From the NCBI GenBank assembly GCA_028820505.1, contig JAPPIT010000017.1:1409-65408 (forward strand): 64,000 bases of DNA, read 5' to 3'. Source of the stretch: Defluviicoccus sp. GTDB taxonomy: Bacteria > Pseudomonadota > Alphaproteobacteria > MPNO01. The notes below the pieces were generated by a model. The model had not been told where the DNA came from, searched no databases, and was given only the letters and a program-made list of their open reading frames with translations. A program made the position numbers and the translations under genes. How positions within the stretch are numbered: the first letter of the stretch is position 1; each line of letters starts with the position of its first letter. Shown piece by piece: positions 18,233 through 30,107 of the stretch.

Positions 18233-18267
18233 GTAAGGGGCGGGCCGCGCGCCCGCCCCGCCCCTAC
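18233..18267. repeat. Intercistronic hairpin resembling a GTAG-type REP
   Basis: GTAAGGGGCGGGC-CGCGC-GCCCGCCCCGCCCCTAC between the SBP and ATPase genes. Confidence 0.5.
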
Positions 18268-18282
18268 CGTTCAAGACCGTCG

Positions 18283-19089
18283 ATGGCCTTCATCGAGATA
18301 GACGAGATCGACCTCACCTACCGCAACAGCGCGGGCGACGAGGACGATTCGGGAACGCTGGCGCTGCAGGGCGCCAGCGTGACCATGGAGCGGGGCGACT
18401 TCATTTCCCTCGTGGGACCGAGCGGCTGCGGCAAGTCGACTTTGCTCAAGGTGGTGGCCGGGCTCATCAAGGCCAACAAGGGACGGGTCTCGGTCGCGGG
18501 ACAGATCGTCGACCGGCCGCTCAAGATTGTCGGCATGGCATTCCAGAACGCTACGCTTCTGCCGTGGCGCTCGACCCGGGAGAACGTGCTGCTCCCGATG
18601 GAGATCGTCGAGCCGCACCGCCAGCAATTCCGCAGGGAAAAGGCGAAATACGAGGCCATGGCGGACGACTTGCTCGCAACGGTGGGGCTCGACGGTTTCG
18701 GCGACCGCGCGCCGTGGCAGTTGTCGGGTGGAATGCAGCAGCGTGCACAGCTATGCCGCGCCCTGGTGCATGAGCCCGACCTTCTGCTGCTCGACGAGCC
18801 GTTCGGCGCGCTCGACGCGTTCACCCGCGAAGAGCTCTGGGACGTGCTCCAGACGCTCTACATGAAGCGCCAATGCACCGTGATGCTGGTCACCCACGAC
18901 CTGCGGGAGGCGGTCTACCTCGCCGACAAGGTCTACGTGATGAGCGCGCGGCCCGGGCGGATAATCCTCGAGCGGGACATCGAGATGGAGCGCCCCCGCA
19001 CGCTCGAACACATGTACCGGCGGGAAACGGTGGAGCTCGTCCAGGAATTGCGCCACCACATCAACATCGCGAGATCGGACGATGAGTAG
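18283..19089 (+). CDS. ABC transporter ATP-binding protein (NitT/TauT)
   Basis: GPSGCGKST, LSGGMQQR, LLLDEPFGALD and VTHD. Confidence 0.95.
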   Translation: MAFIEIDEIDLTYRNSAGDEDDSGTLALQGASVTMERGDFISLVGPSGCGKSTLLKVVAGLIKANKGRVSVAGQIVDRPLKIVGMAFQNATLLPWRSTRENVLLPMEIVEPHRQQFRREKAKYEAMADDLLATVGLDGFGDRAPWQLSGGMQQRAQLCRALVHEPDLLLLDEPFGALDAFTREELWDVLQTLYMKRQCTVMLVTHDLREAVYLADKVYVMSARPGRIILERDIEMERPRTLEHMYRRETVELVQELRHHINIARSDDE

Positions 19090-19864
19090 CAAGACCGTCG
19101 AGCGGTTGTCGCCCTGGCTCGTGACGCTTGCGTGCATCGTCGTCTGGGAAATCGGCGTGCGCCTGTTCGACGTCCCCGCGGTGGTGCTGCCGACCGCGAG
19201 CTCGTCGTTCTACGCGGTGTGGGAATTCCGTGTGGCACTCTGGCACAACGCGGTCCCGACGCTGATCGCGACACTGCTGGGTTTCGGCATCGCGGTCGTG
19301 TTCGGCATCGTGCTCGGCGTCTTCATCGGTATCTCCAAACCGGTATACGCGGCGCTCTACCCGCTGCTGGTCGCTTTCAACAGCATCCCCAAGGTGGCGG
19401 TCGTGCCGATCCTGATGGTCTGGTTCGGGATTGGACTGACCACGGCGACGATCACCGCCTTCATTCTCTGTTTCTTCCCCATCGTCGTGAACGTCGCGGT
19501 CGCGCTCGCCACCATCGAGCCCGAGCTGCGCGACGTGCTGCGCGCGCTCGGCGCGCATGAGCGGGACATCGTCATCAAGGTCGGAATCCCGCGCTCCCTG
19601 CCCTACCTGTTCGCCTCGCTCAAGATCGCGATCACGCTGGCCTTCGTAGGCGCCGTGATCGCGGAGACCGTGGCGGGCGGCGACGGGATCGGTCACCTCA
19701 TGCTGGTGGCGAGCTCGAACTTCAACATGGCGCTGATGATCGCGGGGCTGATCGTGATCGCCGCCATGGCGATCGGCATGTATGCGATCTTTGCGGTTCT
19801 CGACAACCGCTTTACCGGCTGGGCAACCCGAGGCGATATCCAGTACGCGACCGCGGGCGGTTAG
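19082..19864 (+). CDS. ABC transporter permease (NitT/TauT)
   Basis: Six TM segments, IPKVAVVP, EAA-like loop, IPRSLPYLF.SLKI. Confidence 0.93.
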   Translation: MSSKTVERLSPWLVTLACIVVWEIGVRLFDVPAVVLPTASSSFYAVWEFRVALWHNAVPTLIATLLGFGIAVVFGIVLGVFIGISKPVYAALYPLLVAFNSIPKVAVVPILMVWFGIGLTTATITAFILCFFPIVVNVAVALATIEPELRDVLRALGAHERDIVIKVGIPRSLPYLFASLKIAITLAFVGAVIAETVAGGDGIGHLMLVASSNFNMALMIAGLIVIAAMAIGMYAIFAVLDNRFTGWATRGDIQYATAGG

Positions 19865-19872
19865 GCGCCGGG

Positions 19873-19901
19873 TTGCAAGGCCTTATCGGGTGTGATACCA
19901 A
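19873..19901 (+). promoter_or_regulatory. Candidate sigma70 promoter for the atp operon
   Basis: TTGCAA-N17-TACCAA, about 100 bp upstream of atpH. Confidence 0.4.
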
Positions 19902-20001
19902 GCCCTGCCTTCGAAAACGGACACCCGGGCCGGGTGCCGCGATAACCGAAAAGCGTTGTGTTTCAAAGAGTTGCCGTCGATACGGTCGGGGTTAGATATA
20001 C

Positions 20002-20562
20002 GTGTCCGCAACACCGATAGACGTGTCGGGCCTCCCGGGCCGCTATGCCCACGCCCTGTTCGAACTCGCCGATGAGGAAAACGCGCTCGATGGGGTGCGC
20101 GACGACCTGACCGCCCTGCAAACGATGATCCGCGAGGCGCCCGATCTCGCGCGGGTCCTGACCAGCCCGGTGGTCGGGCGGGACGAGCAGGCGGCGGCGG
20201 TCGACGCCGTGATGGAGTGGGCCGGCATCGGCGATCTGACGCGCCGCTTCGTCAACGTCGTCGCCCGCAACCGGAGACTGTTCGCCCTGCCGGGCATGAT
20301 CGACGTCTATCGCGCGCTTCTGGCCGAGAGGCGCGGCGAGATGACGGCGGAGGTGACCTCGGCCCGGCCGCTCAGCGAGTCCCAGCGTATCGCGCTGGAG
20401 ACCGCGTTGATGCGCTCGGTCGGCGCCAACGTCTCGATCGACGCACGGGTCGATCCGGGCATTCTCGGCGGGCTGATCGTGAAGGTCGGCTCGCGCATGG
20501 TCGACTCCTCGCTCAGGACCAAGCTCGAAAAGCTGCAGATATCGATGAAAGGGGCCGCGTGA
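20002..20562 (+). CDS. atpH: ATP synthase F1 delta subunit
   Basis: [26 protein letters not shown]. Confidence 0.96.
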   Translation: MSATPIDVSGLPGRYAHALFELADEENALDGVRDDLTALQTMIREAPDLARVLTSPVVGRDEQAAAVDAVMEWAGIGDLTRRFVNVVARNRRLFALPGMIDVYRALLAERRGEMTAEVTSARPLSESQRIALETALMRSVGANVSIDARVDPGILGGLIVKVGSRMVDSSLRTKLEKLQISMKGAA

Positions 20563-22094
20563 TGGACCTCCGCGCCGCGGAAATCTCCGCCATCCTCAAG
20601 GACCAGATCGCCAATTTCGGAACCGAGGCCGAGGTCGCGGAAGTGGGGCAGGTGCTGTCGGTCGGCGACGGCATCGCGCGCGTCTACGGCCTCGACCGCG
20701 TCCAGGCGGGAGAGATGGTCGAGTTCCCGGGCGGCATCCGGGGCATGGCGCTCAATCTCGAGAGCGACAATGTCGGCGTCGTGATCTTCGGCGACGACAG
20801 CACCATCAAGGAAGGCGACACCGTCAAGCGCACCGGCGCGATCGTCGACGTGCCGGTCGGCAAGGGGCTGCTCGGCCGCGTCGTCGACGCGCTCGGAAAC
20901 CCCATCGACGGCAAGGGGCCGATCGAGAGCGACGAGCGCCGCCTGGTCGAGGTCAAGGCGCCCGGCATCATCCCCCGCCGTTCGGTTCACGAGCCGGTGC
21001 AGACGGGGCTCAAGGCGATCGACAGCCTGATCCCGATCGGCCGCGGACAACGCGAGCTCATCATCGGCGACCGCCAGACCGGCAAGACCGCGGTGGCGGT
21101 CGACACCATCATCAACCAGCGCGAGATCAACGCGGGCGACGACGAATCGAAGAAGCTCTACTGCGTCTACGTGGCGATCGGCCAGAAGCGCTCGACCGTT
21201 GCCCAGATCGTCAAGCAGCTCGAGGAAAACGGCGCGCTCGAATACAGCATCGTCGTCGCCGCGACCGCCTCGGAACCGGCGCCGCTCCAGTTCCTCGCCC
21301 CTTATGCCGGCTGCACGATGGGCGAATTTTTCCGCGACAACGGCATGCACGCGCTGATGATCTACGACGATCTTTCGAAGCAAGCCGTCGCGTACCGCCA
21401 GATGTCCCTGCTGCTGCGCCGCCCGCCGGGCCGCGAGGCGTTCCCGGGCGACGTGTTCTACCTCCATTCGCGCCTGCTGGAGCGCGCGGCGAAGATGAAC
21501 GAGGAGAACGGCGCGGGCTCGCTGACCGCCCTCCCGGTGATCGAGACCCAGGCGGGCGACGTGTCGGCCTATATCCCGACCAACGTGATCTCGATCACGG
21601 ACGGGCAGATCTTTCTGGAAACCGACCTCTTCTATTCCGGCATCCGGCCGGCGGTGAACGTGGGCCTTTCGGTGAGCCGGGTGGGCTCGGCGGCGCAGAT
21701 CAAGGCAATGAAACAGGTCGCGGGCTCGATCAAGCTGGAGCTTGCGCAGTACCGCGAGATGGCGGCCTTCGCGCAGTTCGCCTCGGACCTCGACGCCTCG
21801 ACCCAGCAACTCCTCAATCGGGGCTCGCGCCTGACCGAGCTTCTCAAGCAGGCCCAGTTCTCGCCGCTCGCGGTGGAAGAGCAGGTGGTGGTCATCTTCG
21901 CCGGCGTTAACGGATATCTCGACAGGTTCCCGCTCGAATCGGTGCAGCGCTTCGAGCACGGATTCCTCGCCGACGTGAAGGCGAACCACGCCGACATCCT
22001 CGAAGGGATCCGGGAAAGCCAGGAGCTGAGCGACGAGCTCAGGAAGAAGCTATCGGACGCGCTCGATTCCTACGCCACGGCGTTCGCGGCCTAG
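20562..22094 (+). CDS. atpA: ATP synthase F1 alpha subunit
   Basis: [21 protein letters not shown] and [21 protein letters not shown]; ATG overlaps the atpH stop. Confidence 0.99.
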   Translation: MDLRAAEISAILKDQIANFGTEAEVAEVGQVLSVGDGIARVYGLDRVQAGEMVEFPGGIRGMALNLESDNVGVVIFGDDSTIKEGDTVKRTGAIVDVPVGKGLLGRVVDALGNPIDGKGPIESDERRLVEVKAPGIIPRRSVHEPVQTGLKAIDSLIPIGRGQRELIIGDRQTGKTAVAVDTIINQREINAGDDESKKLYCVYVAIGQKRSTVAQIVKQLEENGALEYSIVVAATASEPAPLQFLAPYAGCTMGEFFRDNGMHALMIYDDLSKQAVAYRQMSLLLRRPPGREAFPGDVFYLHSRLLERAAKMNEENGAGSLTALPVIETQAGDVSAYIPTNVISITDGQIFLETDLFYSGIRPAVNVGLSVSRVGSAAQIKAMKQVAGSIKLELAQYREMAAFAQFASDLDASTQQLLNRGSRLTELLKQAQFSPLAVEEQVVVIFAGVNGYLDRFPLESVQRFEHGFLADVKANHADILEGIRESQELSDELRKKLSDALDSYATAFAA

Positions 22095-22118
22095 CCACCG
22101 CCGGCGGAACCCGACCCG

Positions 22119-24471
<2,353 letters not shown>

Positions 24472-24498
24472 CCGGGGCACACGGAACCGGGATCGTAT

Positions 24499-24915
24499 GT
24501 GATGGCCGATACCGTCGAATTCGAACTGGTCTCGCCGGAAAGGCTGCTGCTCTCCGTCCCCGTCGAAATGGTCGTGGTTCCGGGGAGCGAGGGCGATTTC
24601 GGCATATTACCGGGCCATGCGCCGATGATTTCCACCGTGCGGCCGGGCGTGATCTCGATCTGGCGGGACGGCGCCGTGGACCGGCGCGTCTTCGTCGCCG
24701 GCGGTGTCGCGGAAGTCCAGCCGGAGCGCTGCACGGTTCTCGCGGAAGAGGCGGTTCCCCTCGAGGACGCCGACGAGGAGAAAGCCGACCGCCGCATCGC
24801 GGAAGCGCGGGATGCGCTCGAACATGCGGCTGACGAAGCGGCCGCCGGGGAGGCCCGCAAGCGTCTGGCTGCGGCGGAGGCCCTGCGCGCGGCGATCGCA
24901 AGCGCCCGCGGCTGA
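24499..24915 (+). CDS. atpC: ATP synthase F1 epsilon subunit
   Basis: FELVSPERLL, GDFGILPGHAP and VFVAGG; start 24499 or 24502. Confidence 0.97.
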   Translation: MMADTVEFELVSPERLLLSVPVEMVVVPGSEGDFGILPGHAPMISTVRPGVISIWRDGAVDRRVFVAGGVAEVQPERCTVLAEEAVPLEDADEEKADRRIAEARDALEHAADEAAAGEARKRLAAAEALRAAIASARG

Positions 24916-24986
24916 CAGCGGACCGACCGCCGCGTCGTGCCCACCGGTTCCTCGCTCTGCGTCGATTCTGCATTCCCTCGAAACCC

Positions 24987-25009
24987 GCAAGGCCGGAAAC
25001 CCGGCCTGC
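24987..25009 (+). terminator. Hairpin after atpC
   Basis: GCAAGGCCGG-AAAC-CCGGCCTGC; no U-tract. Confidence 0.35.
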
Positions 25010-25094
25010 GGCGTCTTGACAAGTTGAGATTCGGGATGATTTCCTAATTAATCGATTTCTACGGAAGGCGAGTGGCATCAGGAGGAGTGTCGGG

Positions 25095-25910
25095 ATGGCA
25101 GGATGGACCCTTGCCGATATTCCTTGGGATGATTTCGACCCGGCCCGGGTCGATCCGGACATCGTTCCGATCGTCAAGGCGGCGAGCCTTGTCGAATACA
25201 ACGCCGAGGACTATCGGGTTTATCTGAACGGCGTCTTTCACGACGATTCGCGCATGAAGGCGGCGGTCGACGGCTGGGCCGAGGAAGAGGTGCAGCACGG
25301 CCTCGCGCTCGCCCGCTGGGCCAAGATGGTCGACCCCGAGTTCGACTTCGAGAGCAGCTTTGCGCGTTTCCGGGAGGGCTTCAGGCTCCCGTTGGACGTG
25401 AGCGATTCGGTCCGCGGCAGCCGCAGCGGGGAGCTGGTCGCGCGGTGCATGGTCGAGACAGGAACGAACACCTATTACAGCGCGCTCGCGGAGGCGACGG
25501 ACGAACCGGTGCTGCGGGAGATCTGCCGCCGCATCGCGGAAGACGAGTTCGCCCATTACTGTCTCTTCCACACCCACTTGAAGCGCTATCTCGACCGGGA
25601 AGCTCTCGGCTTCTGGGGCCGTTTCCGGGTGGCCCTGTCGCGCATCGGCGAGACCGAGGACGACGAGCTCGCCTACGCCTATTACGCCGCCAACGGGGGC
25701 GACCGCCCCTATGACAGGCGGCGCAACAGCGGCGCCTACGGCAATCGGGCCCTGTCGTGCTGCACGCCGGGGATTCTCGAACGCAGCGTCGACATGGTCT
25801 GCCACGCGGTCGGGATCAAGACGAGGCGCTGGCTGTCCAGGCCCGCGGCGGCGCTGTTCTGGGTGCTCTTGAAGTTCAGGATGTCGATGCTGGCGCGCGG
25901 GGCCCATTAG
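25095..25910 (+). CDS. Ferritin-like di-iron protein (acyl-ACP desaturase-like fold), function unknown
   Basis: E(VE)..EEVQH and VE..EDEFAH di-iron ligand pattern; AGGAGG RBS; TTGACA at 25016. Confidence 0.85.
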   Translation: MAGWTLADIPWDDFDPARVDPDIVPIVKAASLVEYNAEDYRVYLNGVFHDDSRMKAAVDGWAEEEVQHGLALARWAKMVDPEFDFESSFARFREGFRLPLDVSDSVRGSRSGELVARCMVETGTNTYYSALAEATDEPVLREICRRIAEDEFAHYCLFHTHLKRYLDREALGFWGRFRVALSRIGETEDDELAYAYYAANGGDRPYDRRRNSGAYGNRALSCCTPGILERSVDMVCHAVGIKTRRWLSRPAAALFWVLLKFRMSMLARGAH

Positions 25911-26409
25911 GGCCGGAAGCGGTTTCCCGCGCGATGCGGGCCGCGAAGGCGGCGACGAGTGCGGCATAGACGTCGCGCTTGAAGGGCACGATTTGCGCCG
26001 CGATGTCGGCGAGCGGCATCCACCGCCAGGCGTCGAATTCGGGCGGGTCGCCGGCTCCGATATCGATCTCCCCGTCTTTCCCGGCGAACCTGGCGAGGAA
26101 CCATTTCTGCGCCTGGCCGCGATAACGCCCGCCCCATATCCGCGACCGGAGATCGCCGGGCAAGTCGTAGGTCAGCCAGCCGTCCACGGCCTGGACGATG
26201 AACGCCCGGTCGGTACCGGTTTCCTCGGCAAGTTCGCGCAGCGCGGCGGTCTCGGGCGCCTCGCCCGGGCGGATGCCGCCCTGGGGAAATTGCCAGGCGG
26301 CGGGTCTCGTGTCGGTCCGGCGGCCCGCGAACACGAGACCGTCGTCGTTAAACAGCACGACACCGGCACAGGGCCGATAGCCCTCGGGTGGCGGGACAGC
26401 CCGCGTCAC
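25876..26409 (-). CDS. rppH: RNA pyrophosphohydrolase (Nudix)
   Basis: [14 protein letters not shown]...[18 protein letters not shown] and EFDAWRW. Confidence 0.95.
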   Translation of the reverse strand: MTRAVPPPEGYRPCAGVVLFNDDGLVFAGRRTDTRPAAWQFPQGGIRPGEAPETAALRELAEETGTDRAFIVQAVDGWLTYDLPGDLRSRIWGGRYRGQAQKWFLARFAGKDGEIDIGAGDPPEFDAWRWMPLADIAAQIVPFKRDVYAALVAAFAARIARETASGPNGPRAPASTS

Positions 26410-26429
26410 CCGCCGGCGCCGCCGTGCGT

Positions 26430-27722
26430 TCAGTTGGTGGCCTTGTTGTCGAACAGGGCGAGACCGCGCAGCAGGTCGAGGGCCCTGGTGAGCTGGTAAT
26501 CCTGCGGCCGCTCTCCGGAGGTTTCTCCGGGCTCCTTCGCATCGGCGCCGGATCCGTCCTTGGGGTCATTCTCGTTCGGATTGCGCAACGCACCCCGGAG
26601 ATCGCCCTCGCGCCGCCGGCCCTCCTCGTCGATGACCTCCACCCGGGCCTGCTCGACCACGATGTCGGGCTCGATGCCCTTGGCCTGAATCGAACGGCCG
26701 GACGGGGTGTAATATTGCGCCGTGGTCAGCCGGATCGCACCGTGCCCTTCCAAAGGAACGATCGTCTGGACCGAGCCCTTCCCGAAGGAGCGCGTGCCCA
26801 TGACGATGGCGCGGCGGTGATCCTGCAGCGCACCGGCGACGATTTCGGAGGCCGAGGCGGACCCACCGTTGATCAGGACCACGATCGGCAGGCCGTCGGC
26901 ATCGTCTCCGGGCTTGGCGTTGAAGCGCTGCGCGTCGTCGGGACGGCGCGAGCGGGTGGATACGATCTCCCCGCGGTCGAGGAAGAAATCGGCCACCTTG
27001 ATCGACTGTTCCAGCAACCCGCCCGGGTTGTTGCGGAGATCGAGGACCAGCCCCTTCAGGCCCCCGCCGATCTCGGCACGAAGCTTCGTCATCGCGCGTT
27101 CGATCCCGCCTAGGGTCTGCTCGCTGAACGAAATGATCCGGACATAGCCGACATCGCCCTCGGCGCGGGATCGCACCGACTGGATCTTGATGACGGCGCG
27201 GGTGATCGTCACGTCGAAGGGCTCGCGGTTGGCGCGCCGCACCGTCAGCATGATGTCGGTGTCGGGCGGGCCGCGCATGCGCTCGACCGCCTCGGAAAGG
27301 GTCAGCCCCAGGACGGCTTCGTTGTCCAGATGGGTGATCAGGTCGCCCGACTTCAGACCGGCGCGATAGGCGGGCGTGTCGTCGATCGGCGAGACCACCT
27401 TGACGAGGCCGTTCTCCATCGTGACCTCGATCCCCAGCCCGCCGATCTCGCCGCGGCTCTGGACCTGCATCTCGCGGAAGTTCTTGGCGTTCAGATAGCT
27501 CGAATGGGGATCGAGCGAGGTCAGCATGCCGTTGATCGCTGACTCGATCAGCTTCTCGTCGCTGACATCCTCGACATAGTCCGCGCGCACCCGCTCGAAC
27601 ACGTCGCCGAACAGGTTGAGAAGCCGGTAGGTGTCCGTCGTGTTCGACTGCGCGGCAGCCGGGACCGGAGCGGTCAGGAGAAGAACGGCAGCAGCCGCTG
27701 CCAATGTACGGGCTCGCATCAT
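26430..27722 (-). CDS. ctpA: S41A carboxyl-terminal protease
   Basis: [40 protein letters not shown] and SFGKGSVQ. Confidence 0.96.
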   Translation of the reverse strand: MMRARTLAAAAAVLLLTAPVPAAAQSNTTDTYRLLNLFGDVFERVRADYVEDVSDEKLIESAINGMLTSLDPHSSYLNAKNFREMQVQSRGEIGGLGIEVTMENGLVKVVSPIDDTPAYRAGLKSGDLITHLDNEAVLGLTLSEAVERMRGPPDTDIMLTVRRANREPFDVTITRAVIKIQSVRSRAEGDVGYVRIISFSEQTLGGIERAMTKLRAEIGGGLKGLVLDLRNNPGGLLEQSIKVADFFLDRGEIVSTRSRRPDDAQRFNAKPGDDADGLPIVVLINGGSASASEIVAGALQDHRRAIVMGTRSFGKGSVQTIVPLEGHGAIRLTTAQYYTPSGRSIQAKGIEPDIVVEQARVEVIDEEGRRREGDLRGALRNPNENDPKDGSGADAKEPGETSGERPQDYQLTRALDLLRGLALFDNKATN

Positions 27723-28945
27723 CCGCCCACCTTGTCGCTGTTTTCCGTCAGCCAGGGCAACGGGTCGACAGGCCGGCCGCCGCGGCGCAATTCGATATAG
27801 AGGCGATGAGGCGTATTGGCGTCCGATCCCATGAGTCCGATCGGCTCTCCGGAAACCAACTCATCGCCGGCGCGAGCGTCCAACCGTTCGAGGCCCGCCA
27901 GCAGCACATGATATCCCCCGCCATGGTCGATTATCAAGAGTTCGCCGTAGTCCAGGAACGGCTCGGCGAACACCACCCTGCCGGAGCGGGGCGCGACCAC
28001 CTGGCCCGAGGGGCGGGTCCGAATCGTGATCCCCTGGGCGGTCCAGCCGTTCTCGGCGGGGTCCCCGAACCGGCCGATGACGGGGCCGGCGGCCGGCACC
28101 CGGGAGGAGTCTTCCGGCGAACCGGTGCCGGTATTGGCTGCCGTCCCATGGGCACCGGCATCCGCCGGAGAGATTCCCGCTATGTCCTCCGGCCGCAGGC
28201 GGGTCCTCTCTCTCGCCCGCGCGATGCGGTCGATGAGTTCTTCGATGCTCTCGATCTGGCGTGCCGGACCCCCGGAACGGCCCGGCGAATTCGTGTCCGT
28301 CCCGCTCAATCCTTCCCGCCGCTCGGACCGAATCCGGACAAGGGCGGCAAGCACGCGCCGCTCCTCGTCGAGCCTCCGAGCCGCCAGGCCGCGAATGCCG
28401 CGCCAATTCGCGATTTCGCTCCGGAGCGATGCGAGTCGGCGCAGATCCGACGCCAGAGCGCGCGCTTCCCGTTCGAGCACAGGCTTCGCGGCCCTCAGAA
28501 GGATGCGTCCGTGGAGAATATCGTTCGCATCGCCCGATCCGACGGGAAAGGGGACCTCGGGGCGGCGCGCCAGCCTTTGCAACGCCGACAGCAGCCGGGA
28601 GAGGTCGTCGCGCCGTTCCGCCAGGACCCTTGCAGCGGCACGCTCCTCGGTTTCCAGCCGGGAGACCGTCTCTTCCGCTCGGGTAAGCTGTGCTTCGAGC
28701 CTGAGTATGGAAGGGGCAACCGTCACGAGTTGCTGCTTGAGCGCGCTCAACGCCCGCCGTTCGGCTTCGGCTTCGTGTTCGGGCGCGGCGGGGTTGGCCA
28801 TCGCGCGCTCGAGCGCGCGCCTGGCCCGTTCGAGCGGATCTCCGGCTGGAACCGTTTCCGCGGTCGCGGGAACCGCAAACAGCGATGCGATCGCCGCCGT
28901 CAGCCGGAGGACTCGCGCCAGACAGGCCGAGCGTCCAGCGTTCAC
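27719..28945 (-). CDS. envC: Murein hydrolase activator EnvC-like (coiled coil plus M23 domain)
   Basis: Signal-like N-terminus, long coiled coil, M23 domain (GELLIIDHGGGY, LYIELR). GTG 28945 overlaps the rlmH stop. Confidence 0.85.
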   Translation of the reverse strand: MNAGRSACLARVLRLTAAIASLFAVPATAETVPAGDPLERARRALERAMANPAAPEHEAEAERRALSALKQQLVTVAPSILRLEAQLTRAEETVSRLETEERAAARVLAERRDDLSRLLSALQRLARRPEVPFPVGSGDANDILHGRILLRAAKPVLEREARALASDLRRLASLRSEIANWRGIRGLAARRLDEERRVLAALVRIRSERREGLSGTDTNSPGRSGGPARQIESIEELIDRIARARERTRLRPEDIAGISPADAGAHGTAANTGTGSPEDSSRVPAAGPVIGRFGDPAENGWTAQGITIRTRPSGQVVAPRSGRVVFAEPFLDYGELLIIDHGGGYHVLLAGLERLDARAGDELVSGEPIGLMGSDANTPHRLYIELRRGGRPVDPLPWLTENSDKVGG

Positions 28946-29412
28946 CCGGCCCTCCCGCCGCGGTGGTAGGGATGCCCGGAAAGGATTTCCTGCGCACGGA
29001 AGATCTGTTCGATCAGCATGGCGCGCACCAGGAGATGCGGCCAGGTCGCCGCCCCGAAGGCGAGCACCAGATCCGCGTTCGCGACGAGGCTGGGGGAAAG
29101 GCCTTCCGCTCCTCCAATCAGAAATACGACCTCGCGGCGGCCGCCGTCCCTGAGGTCGCCGAGATGATTGGCGAAGCCTTCGCTCGACAGCGTCTTGCCC
29201 GTCCGGTCGAGCGCGATCACGTGGGCGCCGGCCGGGATACAGGAGTCGAACAGGGCGGCTTCGCGGCGAACCGACTCGGCCGGCGGGTGCCGCCCCTTCG
29301 CCTCGAGTTCCCGCAATTCCACGTCCCAGCGGATGCGGCGGCGGTAGCGCTCGAACAGCGCGCGTTCCGGGCCGTCCCTGAACCGCCCGGCGGAGGCGAT
29401 GATGAGCCGCAT
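28942..29412 (-). CDS. rlmH: 23S rRNA pseudouridine-1915 N3-methyltransferase
   Basis: FLIGGAEG, TWPHLLVRAMLIEQIFRA and GHPYHR. Confidence 0.97.
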   Translation of the reverse strand: MRLIIASAGRFRDGPERALFERYRRRIRWDVELRELEAKGRHPPAESVRREAALFDSCIPAGAHVIALDRTGKTLSSEGFANHLGDLRDGGRREVVFLIGGAEGLSPSLVANADLVLAFGAATWPHLLVRAMLIEQIFRAQEILSGHPYHRGGRAG

Positions 29413-29433
29413 CGGACGCGTCGCCGCGGCGGA

Positions 29434-29817
29434 TCAACCGCCGGTGCCCGACGATCGGCCCCCGGTTTCCGGCGCGACGCCCCACATCTTCTCGATGTTG
29501 TAGAACTCCCGGATTTCGGGGCGGAACAAATGCACGATCACGTCGCCGGCGTCGATCAGCACCCAGTCTCCCTGGCGCAGACCCTCGGGCTTGAGCCCGA
29601 CGAGTCCCCGGTCTTTCAGGCGATGCAACAGACGTTCCGCGAGCGATGCGACCTGCCGGCTCGAAGTGCCGGTCGCGACGACCATGTTGTCGGCGATCGA
29701 CGACTTGCCTCTGAGATCGATATTCGCGACATCGACTGCCTTGAGATCCTCCAGACACGTCAAAACGACGTCGATCAGGGGCGCGGCGTCGGGGTTGGCC
29801 GGTTCTTTGGTCGCTAT
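29434..29817 (-). CDS. rsfS: Ribosome silencing factor (Iojap); start uncertain
   Basis: KAVDVANIDL..KSSIADNMVVATGTSSRQV, DWVLIDAGDVIVHLF and REFYNIEKMW. Confidence 0.93.
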   Translation of the reverse strand: MATKEPANPDAAPLIDVVLTCLEDLKAVDVANIDLRGKSSIADNMVVATGTSSRQVASLAERLLHRLKDRGLVGLKPEGLRQGDWVLIDAGDVIVHLFRPEIREFYNIEKMWGVAPETGGRSSGTGG

Positions 29818-30107
29818 GGGGCGCTCCTGTCTGGACGATGCAGGGCCGCAAGCGGCCCGCGTTTCGTCGCGGCGAACGCCGGCCCCGGATCTTGCCCAAA
29901 GCGCCGGCCTTTCGCCGAATCCCGCCGAATTCGCGTGTGGGAGAAGTTCCGTGCCGGCGGCCCGATTTCCACCAACCTGTGGACTTCCTCGGCCTTCAAC
30001 CTGACCCTCTGGAACGCGCGCGCCGCCCTCTTGCGACCGCGATCGAAGAATAGGGGGCACGGCGCGAAACCGCAATGGGCACGGAAAGGCGCGGTCCACG
30101 ACACGGC

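Noticed and set aside
29979-29990. GAGGAAGTCCAC (minus strand) resembling the RNase P RNA GAGGAAAGUCC motif; possible ncRNA in the 290-bp gap
   Set aside because: One base short, and the other universally conserved RNase P segments are not present. A Rfam scan of 29820-30107 would settle it.
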